DNA of 61,348 nt, counting the filler. It is 5 parts of 5 records of this genome, joined end to end, with 100 filler letters (N's around TTAATTAATTAA, not from the genome) between each part and the next. Parts side by side here need not be neighbours in the genome. Positions count along the whole stretch, not along the records: positions 15,525 to 42,843 come from SRR31156797_24041; positions 42,944 to 52,123 come from SRR31156797_24060; 3 more parts are not named here. The stretch is one strand, 5' to 3'. The notes under the pieces were generated by a model. It ran no database searches and was not told the DNA's origin. It saw only the letters and a list, made by a program, of their open reading frames with translations. The position numbers and the translations under genes are program-made. Positions 39,794 to 50,355 of this stretch are shown piece after piece (the stretch's first letter is position 1; every line of letters begins with the position of its first letter).

Positions 39794-41053
39794 ATGAGCA
39801 TGACAATCACAGAAAAGATTCTTGCGGCCCATGCGGGGAAGGCGTCTGTTTGCCCGGGAGAGCTCGTCCAGGTTCGGGTGGATCTGGCCCTGGCCAACGA
39901 CATTACGGCCCCCCTGGCCATTAAGGTATTCCATGAACTGGGTGTCCCCGCGGTTTTTGACCGGGAAAAAGTCGCCCTTGTGCCGGACCACTTTGTACCC
40001 AACAAGGATATCCCTTCCGCCCAGCAGGCGAAAATCATGGAGGAATTCGCCTATGAATATGATATTAAAAACTATTTCAAGGTGGGGGAAGCGGGGATCG
40101 AGCATGTGATCCTGCCGGAAAAGGGTCTTGTGGTTCCGGGGGACCTCGTTATCGGGGCGGACAGCCATACCTGCACCTACGGGGCCATGGGCGCTTTTTC
40201 CGCGGGGGTGGGGAGTACCGACCTGGGGGCCATTATGGCCACCGGCAAGACCTGGCTCAAGGTCCCCGAGGCCATCAAGGTGGTGTATGAGGGTAAACCC
40301 GGTCCATGGGTCGGCGGAAAGGATCTGATTCTCTTCACCATCGGCCGGCTGGGGGTTCAAGGGGCCCGTTACAAGAGCCTGGAGTTTACGGGTGGCACCG
40401 TGGCGGATCTCCATATGGACGACCGGTTTACCATGGCCAATATGGCGGTGGAAGCAGGGGCCAAGAACGGCATTTTTGAGCCCGATGGAGAGCTGCGCTC
40501 CTATCTGGAAGGGAGGACGGACCGGGAAGGGGTTTACTTTAAAAGCGATTTGGACGCACAATATGGCGAGGTGGTTGAAATTGACGTGGGTGAAATTGCC
40601 CCCCAGGTGGCCTGCCCCCACTCTCCGGACAATGTGTTGCCGGTGTCTTCCGTGGACCCGGTCCCTTTGGACCAGGTCTTTATCGGCTCCTGCACCAATG
40701 GGCGCATGGAAGATTTAAGGATGGCGGCCGGTATTTTGAAAGGGCGAAGAGCCGCGAAAAAAACCCGGCTGATTGTCATCCCGGGTTCTCCCGCCATCTA
40801 CAAATCGGCCATGAAAGAAGGGATTTTTGAAATACTGCTGGATGCCGGTGCGGTCATCGGCCCCCCCAGTTGCGGCCCGTGCCTGGGTGGACACCTGGGA
40901 ATCCTGGCCGGAGGGGAAAAGGCCCTGTCCACCACCAATCGGAATTTTATGGGCCGTATGGGCCACAGCGAGAGTGAGGTTTATCTGGCCGGCCCGGCGG
41001 TGGCGGCGGCCTCCGCGGTCCTGGGCCGGATCGGCGGCCCGGAAGAAATCTGA
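39794..41053 (+). CDS. leuC: 3-isopropylmalate dehydratase large subunit (short type)
   Basis: [32 protein letters not shown]. Confidence 0.93.
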   Translation: MSMTITEKILAAHAGKASVCPGELVQVRVDLALANDITAPLAIKVFHELGVPAVFDREKVALVPDHFVPNKDIPSAQQAKIMEEFAYEYDIKNYFKVGEAGIEHVILPEKGLVVPGDLVIGADSHTCTYGAMGAFSAGVGSTDLGAIMATGKTWLKVPEAIKVVYEGKPGPWVGGKDLILFTIGRLGVQGARYKSLEFTGGTVADLHMDDRFTMANMAVEAGAKNGIFEPDGELRSYLEGRTDREGVYFKSDLDAQYGEVVEIDVGEIAPQVACPHSPDNVLPVSSVDPVPLDQVFIGSCTNGRMEDLRMAAGILKGRRAAKKTRLIVIPGSPAIYKSAMKEGIFEILLDAGAVIGPPSCGPCLGGHLGILAGGEKALSTTNRNFMGRMGHSESEVYLAGPAVAAASAVLGRIGGPEEI

Positions 41054-41100
41054 TTTTTTTTATTTTTTTGGCCCCATTGTTTTGGAGGGTAATACATAAC

Positions 41101-41601
41101 ATGAAACTGAAAGGCAGGGTCTGGAAATTCGGGGACCATATCGACACGGATTTGATTATCCCCGCAAGATTCTTAAATGTATCGGACGAAGATGAATTGG
41201 CAAAAAACTGTTTTGCGGACCTGAGGCCCGATTTTGCAGTGAAAGCCAAATCCGGGGGGATCATTGTTGCCGGTGAAAATTTCGGCTGCGGGTCTTCCAG
41301 AGAGCATGCACCCATTGCCATCAAGGCGGCGGGGGTGGATTGTGTCATCGCCAAGAGCTTTGCCAGGATTTTTTATCGCAACGCGTTTAACATCGGTCTT
41401 CCCATTCTGGAGGCGCCGGCCGCACCGGATCTCATGGAGGAAGGGGATCCGATCAGCATCGATCTCGTTTCAGGGGAGATTCGAAGTGAAGAAAGCGGGC
41501 GGGTCATAAAGGCGATGCCTTTGCCGCCGTTCATGCAAGACATCGTGAAATGCGGCGGTTTGGTCCCCTATATTAAGAAATCGATGATGAATTCAAAATA
41601 A
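41101..41601 (+). CDS. leuD: 3-isopropylmalate dehydratase small subunit
   Basis: GDHIDTDLIIPA, NFGCGSSREHAP, SFARIFYRNA. Confidence 0.93.
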   Translation: MKLKGRVWKFGDHIDTDLIIPARFLNVSDEDELAKNCFADLRPDFAVKAKSGGIIVAGENFGCGSSREHAPIAIKAAGVDCVIAKSFARIFYRNAFNIGLPILEAPAAPDLMEEGDPISIDLVSGEIRSEESGRVIKAMPLPPFMQDIVKCGGLVPYIKKSMMNSK

Positions 41602-41643
41602 TTTCCGGCTGATTTTTCAGCCAATGATAAAGGGGGTGTTACT

Positions 41644-42843
41644 ATTAAACTAACAGGCGTTCAAATATTGTTAAAGGCTCTGAAAGATGAAGGGGTGACC
41701 ACTATTTTCGGTTATCCCGGGGCGGCCGTCATCGACATCTATGATGCATTGATCAAAACCGATTTCAAGCATATCCTGGTACGCCACGAGCAAGGGGCCG
41801 TTCATGCGGCCGACGGATATGCCAGGGCTTCGGGTGAGGTGGGGGTCTGTCTTGTCACCTCCGGACCGGGGGCCACCAATACGGTCAGCGGCATTGCCGC
41901 AGCCTATGCGGACTCCATTCCCATCGTGGTATTTACAGGACAGGTACCGACCGGTCTCATCGGAAATGACGCGTTTCAGGAGGTGGATATCGTCGGGATC
42001 ACCAGGCCCTGCACCAAGCACAACTATCTGATTACAAAGATTGATGACCTTGCCAGGACCCTCCGGGAGGCGTTCCATATTGCCAGGAGCGGTCGCCCGG
42101 GACCGGTATTGGTGGATCTGCCCAAGGACATGATGTCCTGTACAACGGAATGGAAACCGGCCAAGGCGGTTAAGCTGAAGTCTTATCAACCCCACTACAA
42201 ACCCAATGTGCGACAGCTGGGCAAGGTGGTTGAACTGATCAAAAAGTCGAAACGGCCTTTGATCCTGGCGGGGGGCGGCGTTATCCTTTCAAAGGCGGCT
42301 GATGAATTGCGGAAATTTGCCCAAGCCGTTGAATCCCCGGTGACCACCACCCTCATGGGACTGGGCGCATTTCCCACCGGTACCCCCAAATGGTTGGGCA
42401 TGATCGGCATGCACGGTACCTATCGTGCCAATATGGCATCCGGGAACTGCGATCTGATGATCGCCGTCGGGGTCCGTTTTGACGACCGGGTGACCGGAAA
42501 AATAGATGCCTTTGCACCAAAGGCCAAAATTGTGCATATTGATATCGATCCCACCTCCATCCGGAAAAACATTCCGGTGGCCATTCCCGTGGTGGGCGAT
42601 TGCAGGCAGACCCTGGAACTGCTGAACGGATTGGTGGCGGCCCAGGTTGGCGGTGTTTTCAACGGTTCCCGCCAGGCCTGGTTTGATCAGATTGAGGAGT
42701 GGAAGAGCACCAAAAAGCTGGAATATCACCAGAAGGAGGTGATTAAACCCCAATATGTGGTGGAAACCCTCCACCGGCTCACAAAAGGGGAGGCCATCAT
42801 CACAACGGAAGTGGGCCAGAACCAGATGTGGACGGCCCAGTAC
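41644..42843 (+). CDS. ilvB: Acetolactate synthase large subunit, 3' truncated; start probably ATT at 41644
   Basis: FGYPG, RHEQGAVHAADGYAR, TSGPGATN, FQEVD, RFDDRVTG, TEVGQNQMW. Confidence 0.93.
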
Positions 42844-42943
42844 NNNNNNNNNNNNNNNNNNNNNNNNNNNNNNNNNNNNNNNNNNNNTTAATTAATTAAN
42901 NNNNNNNNNNNNNNNNNNNNNNNNNNNNNNNNNNNNNNNNNNN
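42844..42943. other. Artificial contig-joining spacer
   Basis: N run + TTAATTAATTAA (42888-42899) + N run. Confidence 0.98.
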
Positions 42944-42945
42944 CA

Positions 42946-43641
42946 GATGTGACTGTGCAGTTGCGCAATAACCTTTATACCATCGGGATTATTGCGGGGA
43001 TTCTCGTTGCTATAGCAATCTCCCAGGTGACAGGTCCGGAGCAGCTATATTCTGTCGTACCGGCTTTAATGCTCATGGTTGCAGGTGGTTCCACACTGCT
43101 CTACGTTGCAGGTATGATAATTTTCGAAAAAGATGAGGGCACCCTCAATGCGGTGATCGTCTCACCACTGAGGACATCCGAATATCTCCTGTCCAAGGTG
43201 GTCACCCTTACTGCACTGGCAACGCTGGAATCATTCGTGATGATCGGCGGTGTAATGTTCATCATGAGTTTTTCGGATAAAGTAAGTTTCCCGAACATTC
43301 CACTCCTGTTGCTTGGCATTATTGCGATCGGTTCTATCTACACACTCATTGGTATCATTCTTATAGTTCGTTTTGACAGGATTACTGATTTTCTCATACC
43401 CATGTCAGTAATTGCAGTACTGCTCCAGCTTCCTTTCCTGTATTTTCTTGGTTGGGTAGTCCATCCTTTACTTCTTATAATTCCCACAAGCGCACCGGCA
43501 ATGCTGATGCAGGGGGCATACATCCCGCTTACTTCATGGGACTGGGGTTATGCGATTATTTACACGGCCATACAGCTCGTTGTCTTTTCGATCTGGGCAT
43601 ACCGTGCTTTTAATACACACATTATCATGAAGGTGAACTGA
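42946..43641 (+). CDS. ABC-2 type exporter permease (5' truncated)
   Basis: IFEKDEGTLNAVIVSPL...EYLLSKV; multiple TM helices. Confidence 0.85.
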   Translation, partial: DVTVQLRNNLYTIGIIAGILVAIAISQVTGPEQLYSVVPALMLMVAGGSTLLYVAGMIIFEKDEGTLNAVIVSPLRTSEYLLSKVVTLTALATLESFVMIGGVMFIMSFSDKVSFPNIPLLLLGIIAIGSIYTLIGIILIVRFDRITDFLIPMSVIAVLLQLPFLYFLGWVVHPLLLIIPTSAPAMLMQGAYIPLTSWDWGYAIIYTAIQLVVFSIWAYRAFNTHIIMKVN

Positions 43642-43643
43642 AC

Positions 43644-44405
43644 ATGCAGATCACAAAAATCGTGTACAATCTCGGAAGCAATGATGTAAAACTCATCAGG
43701 AGGGACAGATTTCTGATATTCATGTTCCTTTTTGCCGCAATAATTGCAGCTGTACTTCATTATGGCCTTCCGTGGCTGAACGTGTATCTGACAGAAACAG
43801 GTCTGTTCCCGATGGAAGGCGTTGCTGCAAGTCTTGAGGAGCTATATCCGATGCTGGTAGCCTTCTTCGCATTCTTTGACGGAGCATTGCTTGTGGGTGC
43901 AGTCTTCGGATTTGTCCTACTTGATGAAAAGGATGGAAATACTATCAAAGCCATGCTGGTCACGCCTGTTCCTTTGAAGCAATATCTGATATATCGCGTA
44001 GCTGTGCCAGCATTTCTGGCTTTCTTTGTTATTTCAGGAATGATTCTCTTTATAGGCCTGGCACTTTTGCCATGGTGGCAAATGCTTTTAATCACAGCCG
44101 GAGCTTCGCTTACAGCATCCATAGTTGCACTGTTCTTTGCAACCTTTGCCGAGAACAAGGTTGAGGGATTTGCTTTATCGAAAGTCGGTGGGATAGCAGG
44201 CTGGACCATTCTGCTGGGCTGGTTCTTACCTGAACCGTGGAGCTGGCTTATGGGGCTGTTTCCTCCTTACTGGGTCAGCAAAGCTTACTGGATGGCATAT
44301 GCGGGTGAAGGTCTGTGGTGGATGGTATTGATAATAGGCATCATCCTTCAGCTTGCTCTGATCATGGTGTTGATAAAGCGGTTCAATAAAGCGGCCTATC
44401 GCTAG
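43644..44405 (+). CDS. ABC-2 type exporter permease
   Basis: LLDEKDGNTIKAMLVTP...YLIYR, AENKVEGFA. Confidence 0.85.
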   Translation: MQITKIVYNLGSNDVKLIRRDRFLIFMFLFAAIIAAVLHYGLPWLNVYLTETGLFPMEGVAASLEELYPMLVAFFAFFDGALLVGAVFGFVLLDEKDGNTIKAMLVTPVPLKQYLIYRVAVPAFLAFFVISGMILFIGLALLPWWQMLLITAGASLTASIVALFFATFAENKVEGFALSKVGGIAGWTILLGWFLPEPWSWLMGLFPPYWVSKAYWMAYAGEGLWWMVLIIGIILQLALIMVLIKRFNKAAYR

Positions 44406-44451
44406 GTTAATATCTCTCTATTATCTCTTCATTCTTTGTAAAGGAAAGAAT

Positions 44452-45132
44452 ATGGAATTGAAAGAAAGGATCATCGACTCGGCCCATGAACTATTTTCCG
44501 AAAAGGGATATGATAAGACCACAGTTGCGGACATAATCCAGAAGGCAGGCAGCTCCAAGGGTGGTTTTTATCATCACTTCAGATCAAAGGAAGAGGTCAT
44601 TGAGGCAATTACCCGGAATTACATGAAAGAATTCCTGCAGTACTACGAGGAGATACTTGAAAGTAATTCTCCTGTAATTGATCTGATAAACGAGGTCCTG
44701 CTCAAAATTACCCGATATAAGGTCAATCAGGTCAAAGACTGGCCGAAACTGAGTCGTATATATTCATTCAGTGGTAACCATATCATTATCAAAAAGATAG
44801 CAGATGACTTTGAAAAGGTCACGACAGAACTTTATGCACAGTTGATACGGAGAGGGAACGAGGAAGGAATTTTCGATGTACAGTATCCAGAGATTCTGGC
44901 AGGACTGTGGACCAGAGAGTTGATGAGGGTTCTTGACGGGTCCAGAGAAGCTATTTTTTCAGAAGAGGGTGTGGTACCCCGGGAATACGAAGAACTACTG
45001 ATTTTCAGTGAAAAGCTGTTCAACGATACACTGGGATTGAAGAACGATAAGATCCACATAAAAAAACCGATTCTTGCTTATGTGGAAGCTATCAGGAAAC
45101 AACTCGGGGATCAGATCTACGCTTTTCAGTAA
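44452..45132 (+). CDS. TetR/AcrR family transcriptional regulator
   Basis: LFSEKGYDKTTVADI...SKGGFYHHFRSKEE. Confidence 0.93.
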   Translation: MELKERIIDSAHELFSEKGYDKTTVADIIQKAGSSKGGFYHHFRSKEEVIEAITRNYMKEFLQYYEEILESNSPVIDLINEVLLKITRYKVNQVKDWPKLSRIYSFSGNHIIIKKIADDFEKVTTELYAQLIRRGNEEGIFDVQYPEILAGLWTRELMRVLDGSREAIFSEEGVVPREYEELLIFSEKLFNDTLGLKNDKIHIKKPILAYVEAIRKQLGDQIYAFQ

Positions 45133-45366
45133 AAAAACCGATTATCATAATTTTCGAGATTATCAGGTCAACCAGATATGATCTCAAATCCTGTCTGGTA
45201 TGTCTGAACTGTGTTAATAATAACGTTTATGTTCCTGGCGATGTCAATAGGTTAGTAAAGATGGAATAAGTTCAACTAATTGTTGCATGCTGTTGGGAGT
45301 ACCCTAACGATAGTTTGAGTTGTTATTCTCAAATTTACCCGGCTTATTGCAAGGAAATGATCCACA

Positions 45367-46575
45367 ATGTCAAGCAAAGAAACATTTGAAACAGAAGACA
45401 AGTATTTTGCACCATTCTTCGTGAAACAGAAGATCTCCGTCGAAAAAGGAGAGGGAGTTTATGTATGGGACGAAGAAGGAAGAAGATACATTGACTTCAC
45501 GGCAGGTTGGGGTGTGACATGCATCGGGCATTCCAATCCGGTTATCACTGATGCTCTGCTGGATCAGGGAAGTAAGATCATTCAGAACCCAAATTCAGGG
45601 CTTACATACTCACCGGCACGTGCACGTCTGCTTTCCCTGATGTCAGAGATTCTCCCTTCCAACCTTGGAAGGGTCTTCTTCACGAACAGTGGAGCTGAGA
45701 CGAATGATGCTGCTATCAAACTTGCCCGAAAGGTCACAGGAAGGCCGGAGGTTGTCTCCACTTTACAGAGTTTCCATGGGCGTACCATCAGCACGGCATC
45801 TGCCACAGGCCAGGCCAAGAGCAGGGACAGGTATGATCCTTTGATGCCCAATTATCGCTTTGTTCCATTCAATGACCTGGCTGCAATGGAAAAGGTTCTT
45901 GATGAAAGTGTGGCAGCAGTGATACTCGAACCCATTCAGGGCGAGGGAGGAATCCGTATCCCTTCAAAGGATTATCTGACAGGAGTCAGTGACCTTTGCA
46001 GGAAGAATGGCACTCTTCTCATCGTAGATGAGATACAGACAGGATTCTTCAGGACAGGCCCTGCCTTTGTTACAGGCGAATGTGGCGTGAAGGTGGATTT
46101 CCTTACCATGGCAAAGGGAATTGCAGGTGGTTTCCCATTTGGCGCTTTTGCTGTATCTGAAGAGGTAGCGGAGAAGTTTGAGATCGGTGACCACGGCGGC
46201 ACGTACTGTGGAAATCCTCTCGGATGCGCTGTTTCATATGCAGTAATCAAGTACCTGCTGGACAACAACATCTCCGACAATGTGAAAGAAATGGGTCAAC
46301 TGGCCCTGAACCGGATGGAACAATGGAAGGCTGCATATGGTGATGCAATTACCGAAGTACGTGGAAAAGGGCTTCTGATCCTGATCGAGTTCAGGAACGA
46401 AGATATTGCCACTAAGATTAAAGATGAATGTCTGGCAAGGGGCTTGCTTGTCACCCAGACACAGGGTATCGGGATCAGGATATTCCCGGCACTCAATGTC
46501 AGGAAAGATGAACTGGAGGAAGGCCTTCAGGCCATGGAAGATGCAATTGGAAGTGTTGTGAAGAGTAGCATTTGA
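45367..46575 (+). CDS. Class-III PLP aminotransferase (acetylornithine aminotransferase-like)
   Basis: NSGAE, SFHGRT, EPIQGEGG, DEIQTG, MAKGIAGG, HGGTYCGNP. Confidence 0.9.
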   Translation: MSSKETFETEDKYFAPFFVKQKISVEKGEGVYVWDEEGRRYIDFTAGWGVTCIGHSNPVITDALLDQGSKIIQNPNSGLTYSPARARLLSLMSEILPSNLGRVFFTNSGAETNDAAIKLARKVTGRPEVVSTLQSFHGRTISTASATGQAKSRDRYDPLMPNYRFVPFNDLAAMEKVLDESVAAVILEPIQGEGGIRIPSKDYLTGVSDLCRKNGTLLIVDEIQTGFFRTGPAFVTGECGVKVDFLTMAKGIAGGFPFGAFAVSEEVAEKFEIGDHGGTYCGNPLGCAVSYAVIKYLLDNNISDNVKEMGQLALNRMEQWKAAYGDAITEVRGKGLLILIEFRNEDIATKIKDECLARGLLVTQTQGIGIRIFPALNVRKDELEEGLQAMEDAIGSVVKSSI

Positions 46576-46595
46576 TAGTGGTGCTCTTCATTTTT

Positions 46596-46998
46596 TTGTC
46601 TGTATGTGTCCTGTTAATTGCAATTTGAGTTCAGCAATTTTCAATAATTTCATTATTTCAGTAGTCTTTAGATTGGTAGTGAAGGAATGTGCCGCTTGCG
46701 GTGGATGTTGTTGTTGTTCTTTCTTTGTCAATGAGTTTTTGTGGATCTATCAGGCACGCAGAGCGGTGGACAACAAGTTTTACTAACCGGAAGTTAAGAA
46801 TAACTAAAACCATCCAGGAGGGCCCGGCGAAGCCGGCACGGCCCGAAAAAGTGAATGCAATAGTATGTTGCCCTCACCTCTTTTTCTACACACCGGCAAT
46901 TTAAGAACGGTCATGTTTTCCATAAAATAGATAGTCGGCAATCATGGCAGGTGCGCCAGGAGTGCATAAGGCATTCGAATGAAGATTTCTACAGAGTC
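46596..46998 (+). mobile_element. ~400-bp non-coding MITE-like element (copy D), homologous to 5121-5522
   Basis: Colinear similarity throughout; right end TTCTACAGAGTC (46987-46998); left end degenerate (TTGTCTGTATG). Confidence 0.7.
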
Positions 46999-47002
46999 AT
47001 TT

Positions 47003-47392
47003 TTACGGATGCATACAGCGTGTAAGTATCACCAGCAATTCCCCGGAAAAGCCTGAGAATACGACAATCTCAAGATTATCATCTATTTTCTCAAAGTCAG
47101 TTTCTACAGCAGTTGCAACCAGTGCCATTACAATTACAATCATCGGATTTGAGAGGATGGAATAGCCAATAACAATGTCCACTGTGAACTCGGCAATGCA
47201 TCCTTCAAGGGATTTTCCGTTCCTAAATATCCTTCTCCTGCCAAATTTCTTGCCTATCAGTGCCGCGCTCATATCTCCGAAGGTTGCCATGACCAGGGCT
47301 GCATAGGCAATATTCTCGCTGAATATGGAGACTGCCGCGATCGCACATAGTGTGAAATAAATGTGTCCTGCAAGTGTGGTCTTTTCCTCCCT
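47003..47392 (-). pseudogene. Dolichol/phytol kinase-like (CTP-dependent) membrane protein, 5' half missing
   Basis: REEKTTLAGHIYF...MATFGDMSAALIGKKFG...KSLEG...DDNL; no start codon upstream of this segment, in-frame stop near 47435. Confidence 0.7.
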
Positions 47393-47601
47393 GCACAGGA
47401 GGCCACTACGCGATAAACGGACCTGATTGCTCGATCAACGAGGATACGATCCCTGATGTCACAAAGGATGAAAAAGTGATGTTGGCAGCCGTGGAGGCAG
47501 GTAAGAAGCTTGGTGAGCTACTGCGTTCTGCTGATTACGACCGCATGAGCACGGCACAGGAAGTCAGGGAAGCTATGATGGCCCTTATGCAGGCACAATA
47601 A
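47392..47601 (+). pseudogene. C-terminal remnant of a gene (flavodoxin/iron-sulfur flavoprotein-like, tentative)
   Basis: Protein-like CTGGHY...PDVTKDEKVMLAAVEAGKKLGELL... begins where the opposite-strand remnant ends; family call from memory. Confidence 0.45.
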
Positions 47602-47711
47602 GAGGGGTAATTTGAATAGTTGCTGATGTTTTAAAATAAGGTTCATGATACCTCACTCGGTGATGCAGATCAACAGAGGGGAATATTGGTGGTTTTAAAA
47701 AGTAGCTAAGA

Positions 47712-48755
47712 TCAGTGAATCACTTCAGAATCCTTATTTTCACCTTTAAGAGAATCCAGTTCGTCATTGTAAGTTTCGATGGAATTGGATATCTCTTCCA
47801 TCTCGCTGTATTTGGCGATGTGGAATAATGCATCCCCTTCGTGGGCGAGTGGCAGGTTGGTCTTCCCGATGACGATGCCAAATACGGAACTTGTGACTTT
47901 TGTCTCGATCTCACCGAGTGGGTCATTGATATATGCCAGCAGATCTCCTTCTTTTACTGAAGTTCCAAGGGGAACTATTGAGCGCAGTATGCCACTTTCA
48001 TGTGCTCTGATCCATTGTGTATCTGCGGAAATGACAGTCTTGTAACTTTTCTTTTTTTTGTTGCTTGGTCTCATGTCCAGATGGGACATAACTCCAAGTA
48101 CGCCACGCACACCTGCCCTGATGGCAACCTCATTAAAGCGGAGTGCTTCGCCTGCTTCGTATAGAAGTACCGGTATATTGTGCTCCAGAGCAGCTTCACG
48201 TAGTGAACCATCACGCAGTTCTGTGTGGATTATAACGGGTACTCCAAAAGCCCTGGCCAATGCCTCTGTTTCTTTGTTCCCTGTCAGAAATGCACGTATC
48301 TGTGGGAGATTATCTCTGGCAACGGCTCCTGTATGAAGGTCGATTATATGCGTACACTTCTCTACGATCTCCACCATCAGGATGTTTGCCAGTCGGGATG
48401 CCATGGAACCTTTCTTTGAACCCGGGAACGATCTGTTCAGGTCTCTTCTGTCAGGCAGGTAACGGGACTGTGAGACAAAACCGAACACGTTCACTATCGG
48501 AATGGTTATGAGAGTGCCTTTCAGATTGTTGACAGTCTTATGTGCCAGAAGGCGGCGAATAATCTCCACACCATTGATCTCATCACCATGTATCGCAGCG
48601 CAGACCAGCAGGCAGGGTCCGGGTTTGCGGCCATGTATGACATGAACTGGCATTGAGGAAGATGTATGGGTATAAAAACTGGGGATGGGCAGTTCGATGG
48701 ACCTTCTTGTCCCCGGCTGTATGGTCGTTCCTGCTATTGTGAGTGGTTCTTGCAT
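47712..48755 (-). CDS. Succinylglutamate desuccinylase/aspartoacylase (M14-like) family protein
   Basis: AIHGDEING, DLNRSFPG, IDLHTG, YEAGE. Confidence 0.92.
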   Translation of the reverse strand: MQEPLTIAGTTIQPGTRRSIELPIPSFYTHTSSSMPVHVIHGRKPGPCLLVCAAIHGDEINGVEIIRRLLAHKTVNNLKGTLITIPIVNVFGFVSQSRYLPDRRDLNRSFPGSKKGSMASRLANILMVEIVEKCTHIIDLHTGAVARDNLPQIRAFLTGNKETEALARAFGVPVIIHTELRDGSLREAALEHNIPVLLYEAGEALRFNEVAIRAGVRGVLGVMSHLDMRPSNKKKKSYKTVISADTQWIRAHESGILRSIVPLGTSVKEGDLLAYINDPLGEIETKVTSSVFGIVIGKTNLPLAHEGDALFHIAKYSEMEEISNSIETYNDELDSLKGENKDSEVIH

Positions 48756-48758
48756 CAA

Positions 48759-49664
48759 TTAGCCTTTTCCTCTGGTTGCAGTCTTGCCAAACTTGCTGTT
48801 CTTCTCGATATATTCGATGATCATGCTTGCAATATCTTTTCCGGTAGCGTCCTCTATTCCTTGTAATCCCGGGCTGGAATTCACTTCCATTACAACAGGT
48901 CCGTGATTGGAGCGCAAGAGATCTACACCAGCAACATTGAGTCCCATTATCTTTGCAGCCCTTACGGCAGTTGAGCGTTCCTCGGGTGTGATCCTGATGT
49001 TTGTTGCGGTTCCTCCCCTGTGCATGTTCGATCTGAACTCACCCTCAGGTCCCTGTCTTTTCATGGAAGCTACAACCTTTCCGCCAACAACGAAACAGCG
49101 GATGTCAGATCCTTTTGATTCCTTTATGTATTCCTGCACCATTATGTTCGCTTTTACACCCATGAATCCTTCAATGATGCTCTCTGCGGCTTTCTGGGTC
49201 TCTGCAAGCACTACACCTATACCCTGTGTACCTTCGAGAAGTTTTACGACAAGTGGTGCTCCTCCAACCATTTCGATCATGTCTTTTATGTCACTTGGCT
49301 TGCTGGCATACACTGTGACTGGAAGACCGATTCCCTGTCTGGATAGTAATTGTAATGATCGTAGTTTGTCCCTGGAGCGTGTAATGGCTACTGACTCATT
49401 CAAGGGGAATACTCCCATCATCTCGAACTGTCGCAGGACGGTTGCACCATATGATGTAACTGATGCGCCTATTCGTGGAATTACTGCATCGAAGTCGTTA
49501 AGGTCCTCTCCTTTGTAGTGGATCGAGGGTTTGTGAGAGGTTACGTTCATGTAAGCACGTAATACATCTATGACAACTACCTCATGACCTCTTTCTTCTG
49601 CTGCTTCGATAAGTCTGCGTGATGAGTAAAGGTTCCTGTTCCTTGATAGTAAAGCAATTTTCAT
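48759..49664 (-). CDS. rimK: Alpha-L-glutamate ligase RimK (ATP-grasp)
   Basis: [46 protein letters not shown]. Confidence 0.93.
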   Translation of the reverse strand: MKIALLSRNRNLYSSRRLIEAAEERGHEVVVIDVLRAYMNVTSHKPSIHYKGEDLNDFDAVIPRIGASVTSYGATVLRQFEMMGVFPLNESVAITRSRDKLRSLQLLSRQGIGLPVTVYASKPSDIKDMIEMVGGAPLVVKLLEGTQGIGVVLAETQKAAESIIEGFMGVKANIMVQEYIKESKGSDIRCFVVGGKVVASMKRQGPEGEFRSNMHRGGTATNIRITPEERSTAVRAAKIMGLNVAGVDLLRSNHGPVVMEVNSSPGLQGIEDATGKDIASMIIEYIEKNSKFGKTATRGKG

Positions 49665-50143
49665 TCATTGACCTCAGGTTTTAAGCCGTATGCTGCTTTT
49701 GCATCTATTTTTCCAGATATGTAAGATGCAGCAGAATCTACAACGGCTATGTTCTTTAATGCAGTGCGACCAAGCAACATTCTAAAACGCATGGTGTCAC
49801 GGTCGGTAAGTGTTAGTTCAATTGGATAAGAATGTGTATCAATTACAATAAGTGTTTCGATAACGTAACGCATCTCCCTGTGCCCACCAGAATCGCTCAC
49901 CAGACGCTTTTCCTTTAAGGGAGCTGTGCATTCGACTACCAGTTCCCTGTTCTTCTGTAAGGGGTGGATAAGGAACCGGAGCATGTCAGTACCATTCTCT
50001 GTGTACTGTTCGATGTCAAAAGCATGTAATGCCGATGTTCTTGCACCGGTGTCAACTTTGGCTTTTATGGCAGGAAGTCCGAGTTCAGGTAATGCGACCC
50101 ATTCTCTCCATCCAAGCGCGATAAGCTGTTCATTTTTCTTCAT
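49661..50143 (-). CDS. RimK-associated retropepsin-like protease (RimB-like, Zn_protease family)
   Basis: [29 protein letters not shown] overlap with rimK. Confidence 0.9.
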   Translation of the reverse strand: MKKNEQLIALGWREWVALPELGLPAIKAKVDTGARTSALHAFDIEQYTENGTDMLRFLIHPLQKNRELVVECTAPLKEKRLVSDSGGHREMRYVIETLIVIDTHSYPIELTLTDRDTMRFRMLLGRTALKNIAVVDSAASYISGKIDAKAAYGLKPEVNE

Positions 50144-50355
50144 CTGGATTTCTCACATACTTTTTGTAATTTGACAATTAGTTCAAAAGTGATATTTTCA
50201 CCTTTATGGTTCTGAATGTATATAGATATCCTGTCGGCATAGTTTGTTTTGAGTTTAAAGGTAACCGAAGTTGCAGGTTAAATACGGACTATGGTCTATT
50301 ATGCGTGGGTATATAAGGGTGCATAGCCTGATAGAGACTCCAAAAACGAAATTGA

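Noticed and set aside
39776-40621. 281-aa antisense ORF over leuC, and similar long antisense ORFs in contig C
   Set aside because: Expected from GC-rich codon usage on the sense strand; no motifs
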